A DNA stretch of 34,014 bases, from the NCBI GenBank assembly GCA_027053075.1, contig JALUEE010000085.1:1-34014 (forward strand), read 5' to 3'. Position numbers and translations under genes: made by a program. Positions 1-8,478 of this stretch are shown here, piece after piece. Numbering within the stretch: position 1 is the stretch's first letter; the number at the start of each line of letters is the position of its first letter. Under the pieces are notes generated by a model. It was not told the DNA's origin. It ran no database searches and worked only from the letters and a program-made list of their open reading frames with translations. The stretch is from a candidate division WOR-3 bacterium. Its GTDB lineage: Bacteria > Hydrothermota > Hydrothermia > B15-G9 > WFZT01.

Positions 1-146
1 TTCTACCAGAGGACGTGAGGCATCTTGAGGAGGCAGTAGGTAAGTCAATAAAGGAGATACAAGGTAATGGGAATTTGAAGCGAGCATTTTTTGCCCATGC
101 AGGGCTGGAGCTGTGATGCGTCACTTTAACTTAGCAAAGGTCAATA
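1..146 (+). mobile_element. Right end of an IS630-family element
   Basis: The transposase tail is followed by about 30 nt ending ...TTAGCAAAGGTCAA|TA (TA at 145-146). IS630 elements duplicate a TA target. The opposite-strand IS4 transposase frame stops just past this junction. Confidence 0.55.
3..116 (+). CDS. 3' end of an IS630-family transposase (partial, starts outside the window)
   Basis: Frame from nt 3 reads LPEDVRHLEEAVGKSIKEIQGNGNLKRAFFAHAGLEL* (TGA 114-116). This resembles IS630 transposase C-termini (..FFxHAGL). Not in the ORF track. Confidence 0.65.
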   Translation, partial: LPEDVRHLEEAVGKSIKEIQGNGNLKRAFFAHAGLEL

Positions 147-826
147 GGATGCGTCTTCCCTAACACCACTGCCTCATAATATCCCGCCCCGTCTAACAAC
201 GATAATTGCACATGCCACTTATTCTTTATCTTCACCCCAAATGTATCGTTTATCCTCGTCACATAGTCCCATCCCACCTTCTCACATATCTCCCACATCC
301 TCTTGCTACCAAATCCCCTGTCTGCTACTATCTCATACTCGTACCTGCTCGGCAATATCTTCTTTGCCATATATATTACTTTCTCTACCCTCTCCCAATA
401 TTGATACTTCTCGTGTACCCCTTCCCATATTCCCATGTACACCGGAATCGCTCTGTTCTTGTATATCACACTCAATGCAAGTATCCAGTAATCACCCTTC
501 AGTGTGGTACTATCCATCAACAAAACTATCTTTTTCCTTCTCCTCGGATAAAAATATGGCAGGGAGAAGATCAATCTTACGTAGCTTTTCCAGAATTCTT
601 CATCTACGTTTAGCTTATCGAGGAAGTTTTGGAGTCTTTTGAGCTTATGTTTTACATGAGTGGGAGAGGGGATGTGAGCAGCGATGTCTCTTAGGGTGAA
701 GTTATCGGGGTTAAAGAAGGCGACAATGAGATCGGCGAGGGTTTTGAGGTGAGGTTTGGGCAGGGAGTGGAAGTGCATAGAGAGGATTTTATGAATATAT
801 TTTGAGAAGAATGAATAGTCATGCAT
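131..826 (-). pseudogene. IS4-family DDE transposase, truncated
   Basis: Motifs KRLQNFL, LLMDST (first D), RAIPV, IVADRGF (second D) and WDYVTR. The catalytic E region is missing. The last residues (DLC*) derive from the IS630 end. ATG 826 chosen from promoter spacing; 832 is an alternative start. Confidence 0.85.
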
Positions 827-832
827 GTCCAT

Positions 833-861
833 ATTGTTACACATTTTATGAGGATTGTCAA
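833..861 (-). promoter_or_regulatory. Sigma70-type promoter of the IS4 transposase
   Basis: TTGACA (861-856), 17 nt spacer ending in TGn, AACAAT (838-833), then 6 nt to ATG 826. Confidence 0.5.
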
Positions 862-876
862 GTAATAATACATAAT

Positions 877-903
877 TTTTCCAAAATTCGTGGGTGAGAT
901 CAG
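877..903 (-). repeat. IS4 terminal inverted repeat (left end)
   Basis: Near-identical to CTGACGTCACCCACGAATTTCTGGAAAA at 33907-33934 on the opposite strand. Confidence 0.8.
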
Positions 904-1281
904 ACCTGAATCCTCCCCCGCAAGTATTGATGCGGGGGGAGGATACTATCTTTCACATATAAGACAGCAAAAACTTAAACACACAAAGGTCCTTTTTCAC
1001 ACTTTTTAAGGAAAAATTTCAGTTGTACCCCCCTCACCTCTATCCTTCCTCCACAATCTCAGGGAACCTCCCTCCCCCACAGGCAAAGCCTGTGGGGGAG
1101 GGATTCAAGGGAGGGGGCATTCCGCTTAAAAATTAAAAAATTCAAGATGTAACCCCTCACCCTGACCCACTCCCGCAGAGTGAGAGAGGGAGATTCGCAG
1201 ATTTTTTGTTTGAAATTTAAAGATGTATCCCCTCCCTTTTTCCTCTACCAGCAGGTATTTAAGCGGGGAGAGGAAGTTTTT
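904..1281. repeat. Cluster of palindromic BoxC/REP-like repeats
   Basis: Hairpins TCCTCCCCCGCA..TGCGGGGGGAGGA (911-943), CCCTCCCCCACAGGC-AAA-GCCTGTGGGGGAGGG (1070-1102), AGATGTAACCCCTCACCCTGACCC.. (1145-1193) and a degenerate unit at 1221-1281. Confidence 0.85.
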
Positions 1282-1394
1282 GCGGTAATGGATTTAAGGA
1301 CTTGACAGAGAGACCATAAAATCAAGGCATTCCTGCTTATCCCTATTGATTATTCGCTGATGAGCAGTTAATCATTGGAAATTGGAGGCCCGAA

Positions 1395-2204
1395 ATGAAA
1401 GTTTTGATGTTGCTTTTACTTATCACATCAGGTACAAAAAAGGTGATTGTGACGAGTGTCAGCCCTTTGAGGCTTATCATCAATGAAATGGTTGATACCT
1501 CACAAGTCAAGGTGATTAATATTGTTCCAAGAGGACAAAATCCGCATACCTTTGATCCTCGTCCCTCCGATGTTAAGAAAATTGCAAACGCATGTGCTTT
1601 CGTATATATTTCCGACATTGCCGAATCCTGGGCGCCTAAACTTGTTAGAAATCTCCCACTGAAAAACAGGCCCAGAATTTTGAAAGTATGGAAACTCCTT
1701 GGGAGGAAAGAGAGCATTTACATTAATCCCCACTTCTGGTTTGACCCTTACACTGTAAAAAAGCTCTCGGGCGTACTTGCGGATTCTCTAAAAGACTGTG
1801 GCGCCATTGGAAGTGAAAAATTCTTGAACCGGCTCGATTCCCTCATTCTCTGGATCAATGCAGAGCTTCCAACCCTGAAGACAAAATGTTTTATTCCATC
1901 ACACAACTCATGGACAGTATTTGCTAAAGCCTTTCACATAAAAACCACCACTCCGCTATGGACAACCGAAGGGACAGAGCTTTCACCACGAAAAATCATT
2001 AGAATAATGAAACAGGCGAAAAAATGCGGGACAAAGGTCCTCGTGCTGGATTCAATATATAATCCTGACCTTGTAACCCCGTTCAGGGAAAATGGCTTTA
2101 AAATTGTTGAGCTTGATCCTCAGGGCTGGGATGAGGTGACTTATACAGAGTTCATGAAGAAGAATTTGACTAAACTTTTCGAGGCATTAAATGAAGGCAA
2201 TTGA
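1395..2204 (+). CDS. znuA: Zn/Mn ABC transporter substrate-binding protein (ZnuA/TroA family)
   Basis: Metal-ligand motifs NPHTFDP, NPHFWFDP, SHNSW and LDP. GGAGG RBS. First gene of an ABC operon. Confidence 0.88.
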   Translation: MKVLMLLLLITSGTKKVIVTSVSPLRLIINEMVDTSQVKVINIVPRGQNPHTFDPRPSDVKKIANACAFVYISDIAESWAPKLVRNLPLKNRPRILKVWKLLGRKESIYINPHFWFDPYTVKKLSGVLADSLKDCGAIGSEKFLNRLDSLILWINAELPTLKTKCFIPSHNSWTVFAKAFHIKTTTPLWTTEGTELSPRKIIRIMKQAKKCGTKVLVLDSIYNPDLVTPFRENGFKIVELDPQGWDEVTYTEFMKKNLTKLFEALNEGN

Positions 2205-2943
2205 AGTCAAACATTTAACAGTAAAAAGAAACGGGAAGGTTATCCTCGAGAATGTAAATTTAAGTGTTGATAAGAATCAGATTTTTGCCATCTGTGGCCC
2301 CAATGGTGGAGGAAAGACCACACTATTAAGAAGCATTATCGGCATAGTTCCATACGAGGGAACAATAAAAATCTTTGGATTTTTACCCAAAGAAGCGGTT
2401 AAGAGAGGGCTCATCAGTTATCTCCCCCAGAGATCGCCCATGGATTACACCTTTCCAGCTACTGTTTACGAAGTTGTTATGATGGGCAGATTAAAAAAGA
2501 TGGGAATTATCAAAATTCCATCACAGAAAGACAGAGAAAAGGTCCTCAAGAGTCTTTACATGGTTGCTATGGACGAGTTTAAAGACAGGCCGTTTTCAGC
2601 CCTTTCAGGCGGACAGCAGCAAAGAGTTTTGATAGCCCGTGCTCTTGCTTCGGAAGCAAAGGTTCTACTACTGGATGAGCCTATCACGGGCCTTGATATT
2701 CAGGCCCAGCAGGTCTTTTACACCATGCTGACGGAGTTGAGAAAAAAGACTGATATCACAATTGTCATGGTTTCTCACGACATCGGTGTGGTTCCGGCCT
2801 TTGTTGACGTGGTGGCATGTCTAAATAGAGAACTCTTTTATCATGGCGCACCGTCAAAGGAGCTTAATATAGAGCTCCTCAAAAAGGTTTATGGCGGAGA
2901 CGTTGGAATCTTAATTCACGGACATCATCATGGAACTACTTAG
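2191..2943 (+). CDS. znuC: Zn/Mn ABC transporter ATP-binding protein
   Basis: GPNGGGKT, LSGGQQQR, LLLDEP, VSHD and a His-rich tail HGHHHG. Overlaps both neighbours. Confidence 0.9.
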   Translation: MKAIEVKHLTVKRNGKVILENVNLSVDKNQIFAICGPNGGGKTTLLRSIIGIVPYEGTIKIFGFLPKEAVKRGLISYLPQRSPMDYTFPATVYEVVMMGRLKKMGIIKIPSQKDREKVLKSLYMVAMDEFKDRPFSALSGGQQQRVLIARALASEAKVLLLDEPITGLDIQAQQVFYTMLTELRKKTDITIVMVSHDIGVVPAFVDVVACLNRELFYHGAPSKELNIELLKKVYGGDVGILIHGHHHGTT

Positions 2944-3721
2944 CTATACATTTTTTCAAAGGGCCTTAATTGGAGGCATTCTCCTCAGTATAGTTTTCTC
3001 ACTGTTTTCATTTTTTGTGGTGGTGCGGAAGCTTTCCTTCGCTGGCGTGGGCATTTCTCACACTGCATTTGGGGGTATTGCTGTTGGTATAATCCTCGGG
3101 ATTGATCCCTCTATCTCGGCACTCATTTTCGCCATTTTGATAGCAATTTTTATCGCTTACACGAGTCAGAAGCGTAAACTGCACGAGGACGCGGCGATTG
3201 GGATATTTTTCTCATTTTCAATGGCACTGGGAATTGCGATTATATCGAGGTTTCACCGCACAAATGTTGATATCTGGAGCTTTTTATTCGGCAACATAAC
3301 GACCATTACACACGGAGATTTGATATTTTTCTCAGTGGCAACGGCAATAGTGCTGGTTTATTTCATTTTCTTCTTCGGTGACCTGGTCCTCATCGGATTT
3401 GACCCGGAGGTAGCTCAGAGCTATGGGATTAATGTTAGGCTTCACAACTACGTTTTTATGACGCTTCTTGCCATGGTCATTATCATGGGAATAAAAATGG
3501 TGGGAGTGATTTTAATATCGGCCTTCCTCGTTCTTCCTGCCACCATTGCATCGGCATTCTCAAAGAGTTTCATCAAAATTATTGGGCTCTCAGTCCTTGT
3601 CAGCCTGGTTTTTACAGTTGCAGGGCTTTTTCTCTCTTATTATCTGGATATGCCAAGCGGGGCAACTATTGTAATGACAGGCACAGCGCTATTTGCCCTA
3701 ACCTACCTCAAGGGAAGCTAA
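2930..3721 (+). CDS. znuB: Zn/Mn ABC transporter permease
   Basis: Multi-pass membrane protein with ISHTAFGG, FLFGNI, FDPEVA and PSGATIV (ABC-3 family). Confidence 0.9.
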   Translation: MELLSYTFFQRALIGGILLSIVFSLFSFFVVVRKLSFAGVGISHTAFGGIAVGIILGIDPSISALIFAILIAIFIAYTSQKRKLHEDAAIGIFFSFSMALGIAIISRFHRTNVDIWSFLFGNITTITHGDLIFFSVATAIVLVYFIFFFGDLVLIGFDPEVAQSYGINVRLHNYVFMTLLAMVIIMGIKMVGVILISAFLVLPATIASAFSKSFIKIIGLSVLVSLVFTVAGLFLSYYLDMPSGATIVMTGTALFALTYLKGS

Positions 3722-4389
3722 TCTTCGAGAGTGTACTCGAAGAGGAAGATCGTCGCAGAAATGTAGATAAAATCAAAGAGTGCGAGGAATTTGAGCCAGC
3801 TTGAAGGATCAATTTTTCCTGTGAAAAAAGCCTCCGTTGCCTTTGTCGCAGCTATTATCAGGGGCACGATGATGGGGAAAAACAGGAGTGGTAAAAGTAT
3901 TTCTCGCGCCCTCGTTCTGAGCAGCACGGCTCCCTGCAGAGTGCCAATAAACGTGAGTCCCACCGTTGCAAGGATTACAGTTAGGATTAAAATCCAGTAG
4001 CTCCCCGCGGGTGAAACCCTGAAAAGGACAGTAATAATGGGATAGACAACTATTTCAATAATGGTGATGAGCAGAAAGTTAAAAAGGGATTTCCCGAGCA
4101 AAATGAAAGTGGGATCGTAGGGCATGAGAAGTAGCCCTCGTAGCGAGTCCTCCTCGGTTTCAATTGAAAATGAGCGATTGAACGCGAGGGTCCCCGTGAA
4201 GATAATGGTAACCCAGAAGATGCCTGATGCGAGAAGTCCGGGATCAATTATGCCCGGTGGGAATGCAAAGTTGAAGATAACTACGGTGAGTAGCGCGAAT
4301 ACAAGGAGTGTGTTTATCATTTCCTTGGTGCGAAACTCAAGCCTGATATCTTTTATGAAGAGTGTAAAAGCCGCTCTGAAGAAACTCAT
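3718..4389 (-). CDS. ccmB: Heme exporter protein CcmB
   Basis: KDIRLEFR, six hydrophobic segments, REILLPLLFFP. Directly downstream of a CcmA-like ATPase. Confidence 0.88.
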   Translation of the reverse strand: MSFFRAAFTLFIKDIRLEFRTKEMINTLLVFALLTVVIFNFAFPPGIIDPGLLASGIFWVTIIFTGTLAFNRSFSIETEEDSLRGLLLMPYDPTFILLGKSLFNFLLITIIEIVVYPIITVLFRVSPAGSYWILILTVILATVGLTFIGTLQGAVLLRTRAREILLPLLFFPIIVPLIIAATKATEAFFTGKIDPSSWLKFLALFDFIYISATIFLFEYTLED

Positions 4390-5069
4390 TTGAAAACTTC
4401 CTGAAGTTTTTCCATTGAAATCTCAGGTTTATGAAATTCGTGGATAAATTTACCGCCCTGCATAACAAGAACCCGGTCAGATAATCTTGCCGCTATGTCA
4501 ATTCTGTGGGTTATGAGGATGAAAGACCTATCCCTTTGCTGGTTTATGATTTCGACAGTTTTCTCAACTCCCCCGGGGTCGAGGCCAGAAAATGGCTCAT
4601 CGAGCAATAAAATCTCAGGCTCGGCCATAAAAACCCTTGCCAGTCCCAGTCTCACTTTCATTCCCCGTGAATATTCCGTGAATCTTTTTCCGAGGCTCCT
4701 CTCCATCCCAAAGATTCTTGCCCATCTGAGGGCATTATCTCGGGAAATACCAAGCATTTTAGCATAAAATTCGAGGTTCTCCAGCCCTGTGAGGTTCCTG
4801 TAGAAAAATGTGTCATGGGATAGCACCCCCACTTTACGTTTCATTTCTGGATATTCCTCAGGATTCTTTGAAAATAGCCAGACTTTTCCTGAAGTGGGTC
4901 GAGTGGTGCCGGAAACAATTTTGATAAATGTGGTCTTTCCTGCACCGTTAGGGCCGAGGATGGAAACAAACTCTCCCTTTCTTAAAGTGAAACCAATTCC
5001 TTTTAACGCGTATTGCTCACCGTACTTTTTTACGAGTTTCTCAACTTTAAGAACTTCAGAGTTTGTCAC
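4386..5069 (-). CDS. ccmA: Heme exporter ATP-binding protein CcmA
   Basis: GPNGAGKT, YSRGMK signature variant, LLLDEPFSGLD. Translationally coupled to ccmB. Confidence 0.78.
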   Translation of the reverse strand: MTNSEVLKVEKLVKKYGEQYALKGIGFTLRKGEFVSILGPNGAGKTTFIKIVSGTTRPTSGKVWLFSKNPEEYPEMKRKVGVLSHDTFFYRNLTGLENLEFYAKMLGISRDNALRWARIFGMERSLGKRFTEYSRGMKVRLGLARVFMAEPEILLLDEPFSGLDPGGVEKTVEIINQQRDRSFILITHRIDIAARLSDRVLVMQGGKFIHEFHKPEISMEKLQEVFK

Positions 5070-6084
5070 AGATTTTCTTCTTCGCCTTATTAAAGTCTTC
5101 TTTTGAGAGGATGCCTTTGTCTCTCAATTCAATGAGCTTTTTAAGCTCTTCGAGAAGGTTTTCCTCTTCCTTTGAAACCTTTGCACCACCCCTAACTGTT
5201 TTTAACCTGAGGAAGATGATGATAACAAGGACTATAACTGCAACTGCGATGGCGATAGGGATCTCTACGTTGCTTTTTGAACCACCACTGGCTGAAACCG
5301 GCCCCTTTGAAATTTCAAGGTCAAAGCTTTCGGTGGGCTTAGAAAGGTTATAAACAACGTATGTCTGCCCATTTATATTTTGCTCGCCCTGGTTTTTGAA
5401 GAATTTTGATTTCACTTTGACACCAGGGGCGGTGAAGATTTGAGCAGAAGTTATTCTTTTGGGAAATTCACGATGAAGTGTAAGCTTTTCCCCCGGCGCT
5501 ATGTAGTTAAATGCAATGGTTTGATTTCCCGGGTAAACAACATCGTTGTAAAAAACTGTATCGCCAACCACCATCCATTTTTCTTCATTCTGTGGCTGAA
5601 TAAAAGTTATAGAATCGGTACCGTGCGGTAAAAAGAAATAGACGTAGTACTGGGCGTTAAAGGTTTTGTTGCCCTGATTGTTCAGATTCAGGGCTTCAAC
5701 AATGTAGTATCCGCCGGTTTGAGGTTCGGGGAATATTACGATATGGTAGTTGGTTAGCTCGATATCGTCGTCCTTGTCCGTTACATCGTAAACCGGCACC
5801 TCGAGTGTCAGAGTATCACCTTTGAACTGGCCAACGTCTGAGAGATAGCTCACCCCTTTGTAGTTTACTTCTGCCTGATAAAATAATTTTGGATTTGCCC
5901 TTTTAATTACGGCAATACCATTACGGGGTTTCACAGATTTTGAAAATTTGATATTGTTGGTCGTGTCAAATCCCACCACACTCACCATTATGTTTTTGAG
6001 GGGTTTTGAGGGCTCTGTGCCGTTAGTTACTTTTATGATGAGCGTGTTTGTGATGATAGAGAGAGCAACGAGAAAATTCAGCAT
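5056..6084 (-). CDS. Hypothetical exported membrane-anchored protein with C-terminal SHOCT-like tail
   Basis: Short hydrophobic N-terminus, beta-rich body, TM helix IPIAIAVAVIVLVIIIFL, tail LKKLIELRDKGILSKEDFNKAKKKI. GGAGG RBS. Confidence 0.8.
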   Translation of the reverse strand: MLNFLVALSIITNTLIIKVTNGTEPSKPLKNIMVSVVGFDTTNNIKFSKSVKPRNGIAVIKRANPKLFYQAEVNYKGVSYLSDVGQFKGDTLTLEVPVYDVTDKDDDIELTNYHIVIFPEPQTGGYYIVEALNLNNQGNKTFNAQYYVYFFLPHGTDSITFIQPQNEEKWMVVGDTVFYNDVVYPGNQTIAFNYIAPGEKLTLHREFPKRITSAQIFTAPGVKVKSKFFKNQGEQNINGQTYVVYNLSKPTESFDLEISKGPVSASGGSKSNVEIPIAIAVAVIVLVIIIFLRLKTVRGGAKVSKEEENLLEELKKLIELRDKGILSKEDFNKAKKKICDKL

Positions 6085-6276
6085 AACATTTCCTCCCTGA
6101 TTTAGTGAGATTTATTATTAACTTGCCCGTGCCAATTGTAAAGAGCAGGAGAGTGTGGTCTAAAAATGTGCTCCCCGTTTATCCTGTAGCGCGGAGTGAA
6201 TAGAGTGAGCAGAAAAGTAGGGTTAGAAATTAGTGGTTCAAGATTCTCCAAGTAGGACATGGGAAGTAGCGAAACT

Positions 6277-6437
6277 CCCTCCCTTCCTCTGGAAGGGAGG
6301 GTTGGGGTGGAATGGAAAATATTTGTTTAACAAAAATGTCCATGCATATTCAGGAATATCTTTCCCTTGGATATTCTATAGAGTGTTAGAGTTGCACATT
6401 CTCCCCTGGCACCTCCTTCCCGATGGAAGGAGGGGAA
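6277..6437. repeat. Two palindromic repeat units
   Basis: CCCTCCCTTCC-TCT-GGAAGGGAGGG followed by TTGGGGTGG (6277-6310), and CCTCCTTCC-CGAT-GGAAGGAGG (6412-6433). Confidence 0.7.
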
Positions 6438-6551
6438 AATTTTCCGACTGGTATGCTGTAAAAATGGGGTTATGAGAATCCTTTGATAAGGTTGACAACT
6501 TAAACTCAGGGTTTTTCGTACAAGCTCAGAGGAGGAGATTGTGGTAGAAAA

Positions 6552-6580
6552 TTGATAGTCTATGGTTTTGAGATTAAGCT
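6552..6580 (+). promoter_or_regulatory. Putative sigma70 promoter of the thiD operon
   Basis: TTGATA, 17 nt, TAAGCT, upstream of the AAGGAG RBS. Confidence 0.45.
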
Positions 6581-6604
6581 AAATATCCAAAAGGAGTGTT
6601 TGAT

Positions 6605-7435
6605 ATGAGGATTCCATCTGTTTTAACAATAGCGGGCTCTGACAGTGGTGGGGGAGCGGGAATTCAAGCGGATCTCAAGACATATACCGCTCTTGGGGTC
6701 TTTGGCATGAGTGCCATCACTGCCCTCACAGCCCAGAATACCACTGGAGTTTATGGAATTTTTGAAGCCTCCCCAGAATTCGTTAAAAAGCAGATTGACG
6801 CGATTTTTGAAGACCTGCCTGTTGATGTGGTCAAAACCGGTATGCTGTCCAATGCAGAAATCATCAGAACTGTTGCAGAAACACTTAAAAAATGGAGGGT
6901 TGAGAAAATCGTCATTGACCCGGTCATGCGGGCAAAAGGTGGGGACCCTTTACTCGCTGCCGAAGCGACAGAAACACTTATTAAAGAATTTATCCCCATG
7001 GCCTACATTCTCACACCAAACGTTCCAGAAGCAGAGGTGCTCTCCGGTATGGAGATTAAAAATATTGACGACATGATAACCGCTGGCAAAAAAATCCAGG
7101 GGCTTGGAGCGAAGAATGTTCTCATGAAGGGGGGCCACCTTGATACCGGTAAAGAAGCTATTGATATCCTTCTCACACAAGAAGGCATATTTGAATATCG
7201 CGCCGAGAGATTTAAAACACCAAATACCCACGGCACAGGCTGCACCTATGCATCTGCCATTGCAGCTTATCTTGCAAGGTCATTTGACATTGTGGAAGCG
7301 GTAAAAGAGGCAAAAGTTTTTGTAACAGGTGGGGTGAAATACGGCCTTGAGCACGGAAAGGGTCATGGACCTGTTAACCACGAGTGGCGTGTTCTCGGCC
7401 TTAAACCCCCAATGGTGGAGGTAAGAGAGCTGTGA
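6605..7435 (+). CDS. thiD: Hydroxymethylpyrimidine/phosphomethylpyrimidine kinase
   Basis: LTIAGSDSGGGAGIQADLKT, VKTGML, IDPVM, TPNVPEA, KGGH, HGTGCT. ATG 6605 follows AAGGAG. Confidence 0.95.
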   Translation: MRIPSVLTIAGSDSGGGAGIQADLKTYTALGVFGMSAITALTAQNTTGVYGIFEASPEFVKKQIDAIFEDLPVDVVKTGMLSNAEIIRTVAETLKKWRVEKIVIDPVMRAKGGDPLLAAEATETLIKEFIPMAYILTPNVPEAEVLSGMEIKNIDDMITAGKKIQGLGAKNVLMKGGHLDTGKEAIDILLTQEGIFEYRAERFKTPNTHGTGCTYASAIAAYLARSFDIVEAVKEAKVFVTGGVKYGLEHGKGHGPVNHEWRVLGLKPPMVEVREL

Positions 7436-8478
7436 ATCTATTGCTTGCACTTGTATTTATAATTGGAAATCCCATCAAATTTCAGGGATCAAAACTTATT
7501 TTCAATCACTCATCCATCAAGGTAAACACCCAGGACCTCATTTTCTCACCTTCTATGAGCTTCGTGGCATTTATTCAGAATGGAAACCTATCAGTTTACA
7601 ACTCTGATGGAAAGCTCGTCAGGAAAATTTTAATTGAGGGAGAAAATCTTCCGAGCATAAAGCTGATGGATGACGGTAGCATGGCCGTTTTTTATCTTGC
7701 CGTGTACAACCTGATTGTCTATGATGGAGCGGGCAAAATCAGACTCTACTTCAGACCTCGCGGAAATTACTTCTACTATGAATCATACTCGGACTTTGAT
7801 CAAAATGGCAAATTTACTGCACTTGCTTACAAGAAAGACAACAACTCGCATCTCGTTGTGTTCAAGAATTTCCAGAAAAAGTTCACCAAAATTTTTAAAA
7901 ATTACCTGCCGGCCAGAGTATGGGTAAGAGGTTCAAGTATCTTTTTGAGATTGTACCGGGTAGAGGATAATCATGTGACCAGCGATTTTGTTTTGATGCT
8001 CGACTCCAATGGGAAAATGGTCAGAAAATTTGAGATTCCAAAAGTAAACTTCGTGGATAAACAAGGAAACCTGATTGCCCTCGCTTCTAAAAGAGAAGTT
8101 TACATTTTTCAGAGTGGTGAGAGAAGCTCTATCACAGGTATAAAAGAAAATTTATCCCCTTTCCCAACCGCTTCCCACGCACGAAGTGCGTGGGGGGCGG
8201 AGAAAGGTGGGGGGATTTCCTCTAAAAAATCCGTAAATTCAGGCGTCCGCTTCTCCTTTGAAAAAATAATCTATGATGTGAAAATCCACAAAGGCAGAGT
8301 TTACATCATCATAGGCGAGCCAAATCGGAGAAAGACCACCAACCCCGAAATCTATGAAATCTCAGAAAAGCCTACAAAGATTTTAAATTTAGATGGTACC
8401 TACCTTTACCCTCATTTCTATGAGTCTGATGGTAAACTTTACTTTTTAACCGAAAAGGGGGATATCCATGAGCTTTAA
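7432..8478 (+). CDS. Hypothetical exported beta-rich (propeller-like) protein with an in-frame palindromic repeat insert
   Basis: 348 aa ORF overlapping thiD and the next gene. Hydrophobic N-terminus and repeated short beta-strand pattern. Confidence 0.75.
   Translation: MNLLLALVFIIGNPIKFQGSKLIFNHSSIKVNTQDLIFSPSMSFVAFIQNGNLSVYNSDGKLVRKILIEGENLPSIKLMDDGSMAVFYLAVYNLIVYDGAGKIRLYFRPRGNYFYYESYSDFDQNGKFTALAYKKDNNSHLVVFKNFQKKFTKIFKNYLPARVWVRGSSIFLRLYRVEDNHVTSDFVLMLDSNGKMVRKFEIPKVNFVDKQGNLIALASKREVYIFQSGERSSITGIKENLSPFPTASHARSAWGAEKGGGISSKKSVNSGVRFSFEKIIYDVKIHKGRVYIIIGEPNRRKTTNPEIYEISEKPTKILNLDGTYLYPHFYESDGKLYFLTEKGDIHEL
8154..8216. repeat. Palindromic repeat inside a coding region
   Basis: Stem CCGCTTCCCACGCAC-GAA-GTGCGTGGGGGGCGG (8168-8200). 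Same GCAC-GAA-GTGC core as 16811-16837 and 28785-28813. Confidence 0.85.

Larger units (their letters stand above)
147..903 (-). mobile_element. Left part of an IS4-family insertion sequence
   Basis: Transposase fragment plus terminal sequence CTGATCTCACCCACGAATTTTGGAAAA, read on the minus strand from 903. The CTGA start resembles IS10/IS50 ends. Confidence 0.75.

Noticed and set aside
887..894. CCCACGAA in the IS inverted repeat matching half of the repeat hairpin
   Set aside because: An 8 nt match is too short to support common origin.
904..1281. CRISPR array (also considered at 13094-13299)
   Set aside because: Units are degenerate, irregularly spaced and dispersed in both orientations. 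No cas genes are present.
6233..6475. 80 aa intergenic ORF (likewise 29104-29316 and 16617-16880)
   Set aside because: Translation runs through palindromic repeats (PPFLWKGGLG, FLRGEDQGEG). No RBS or protein family signal.
6440..6604. TPP riboswitch upstream of thiD
   Set aside because: No CTGAGA / CCTGA..GGGA core, and a plausible promoter lies only about 25 nt from the start.
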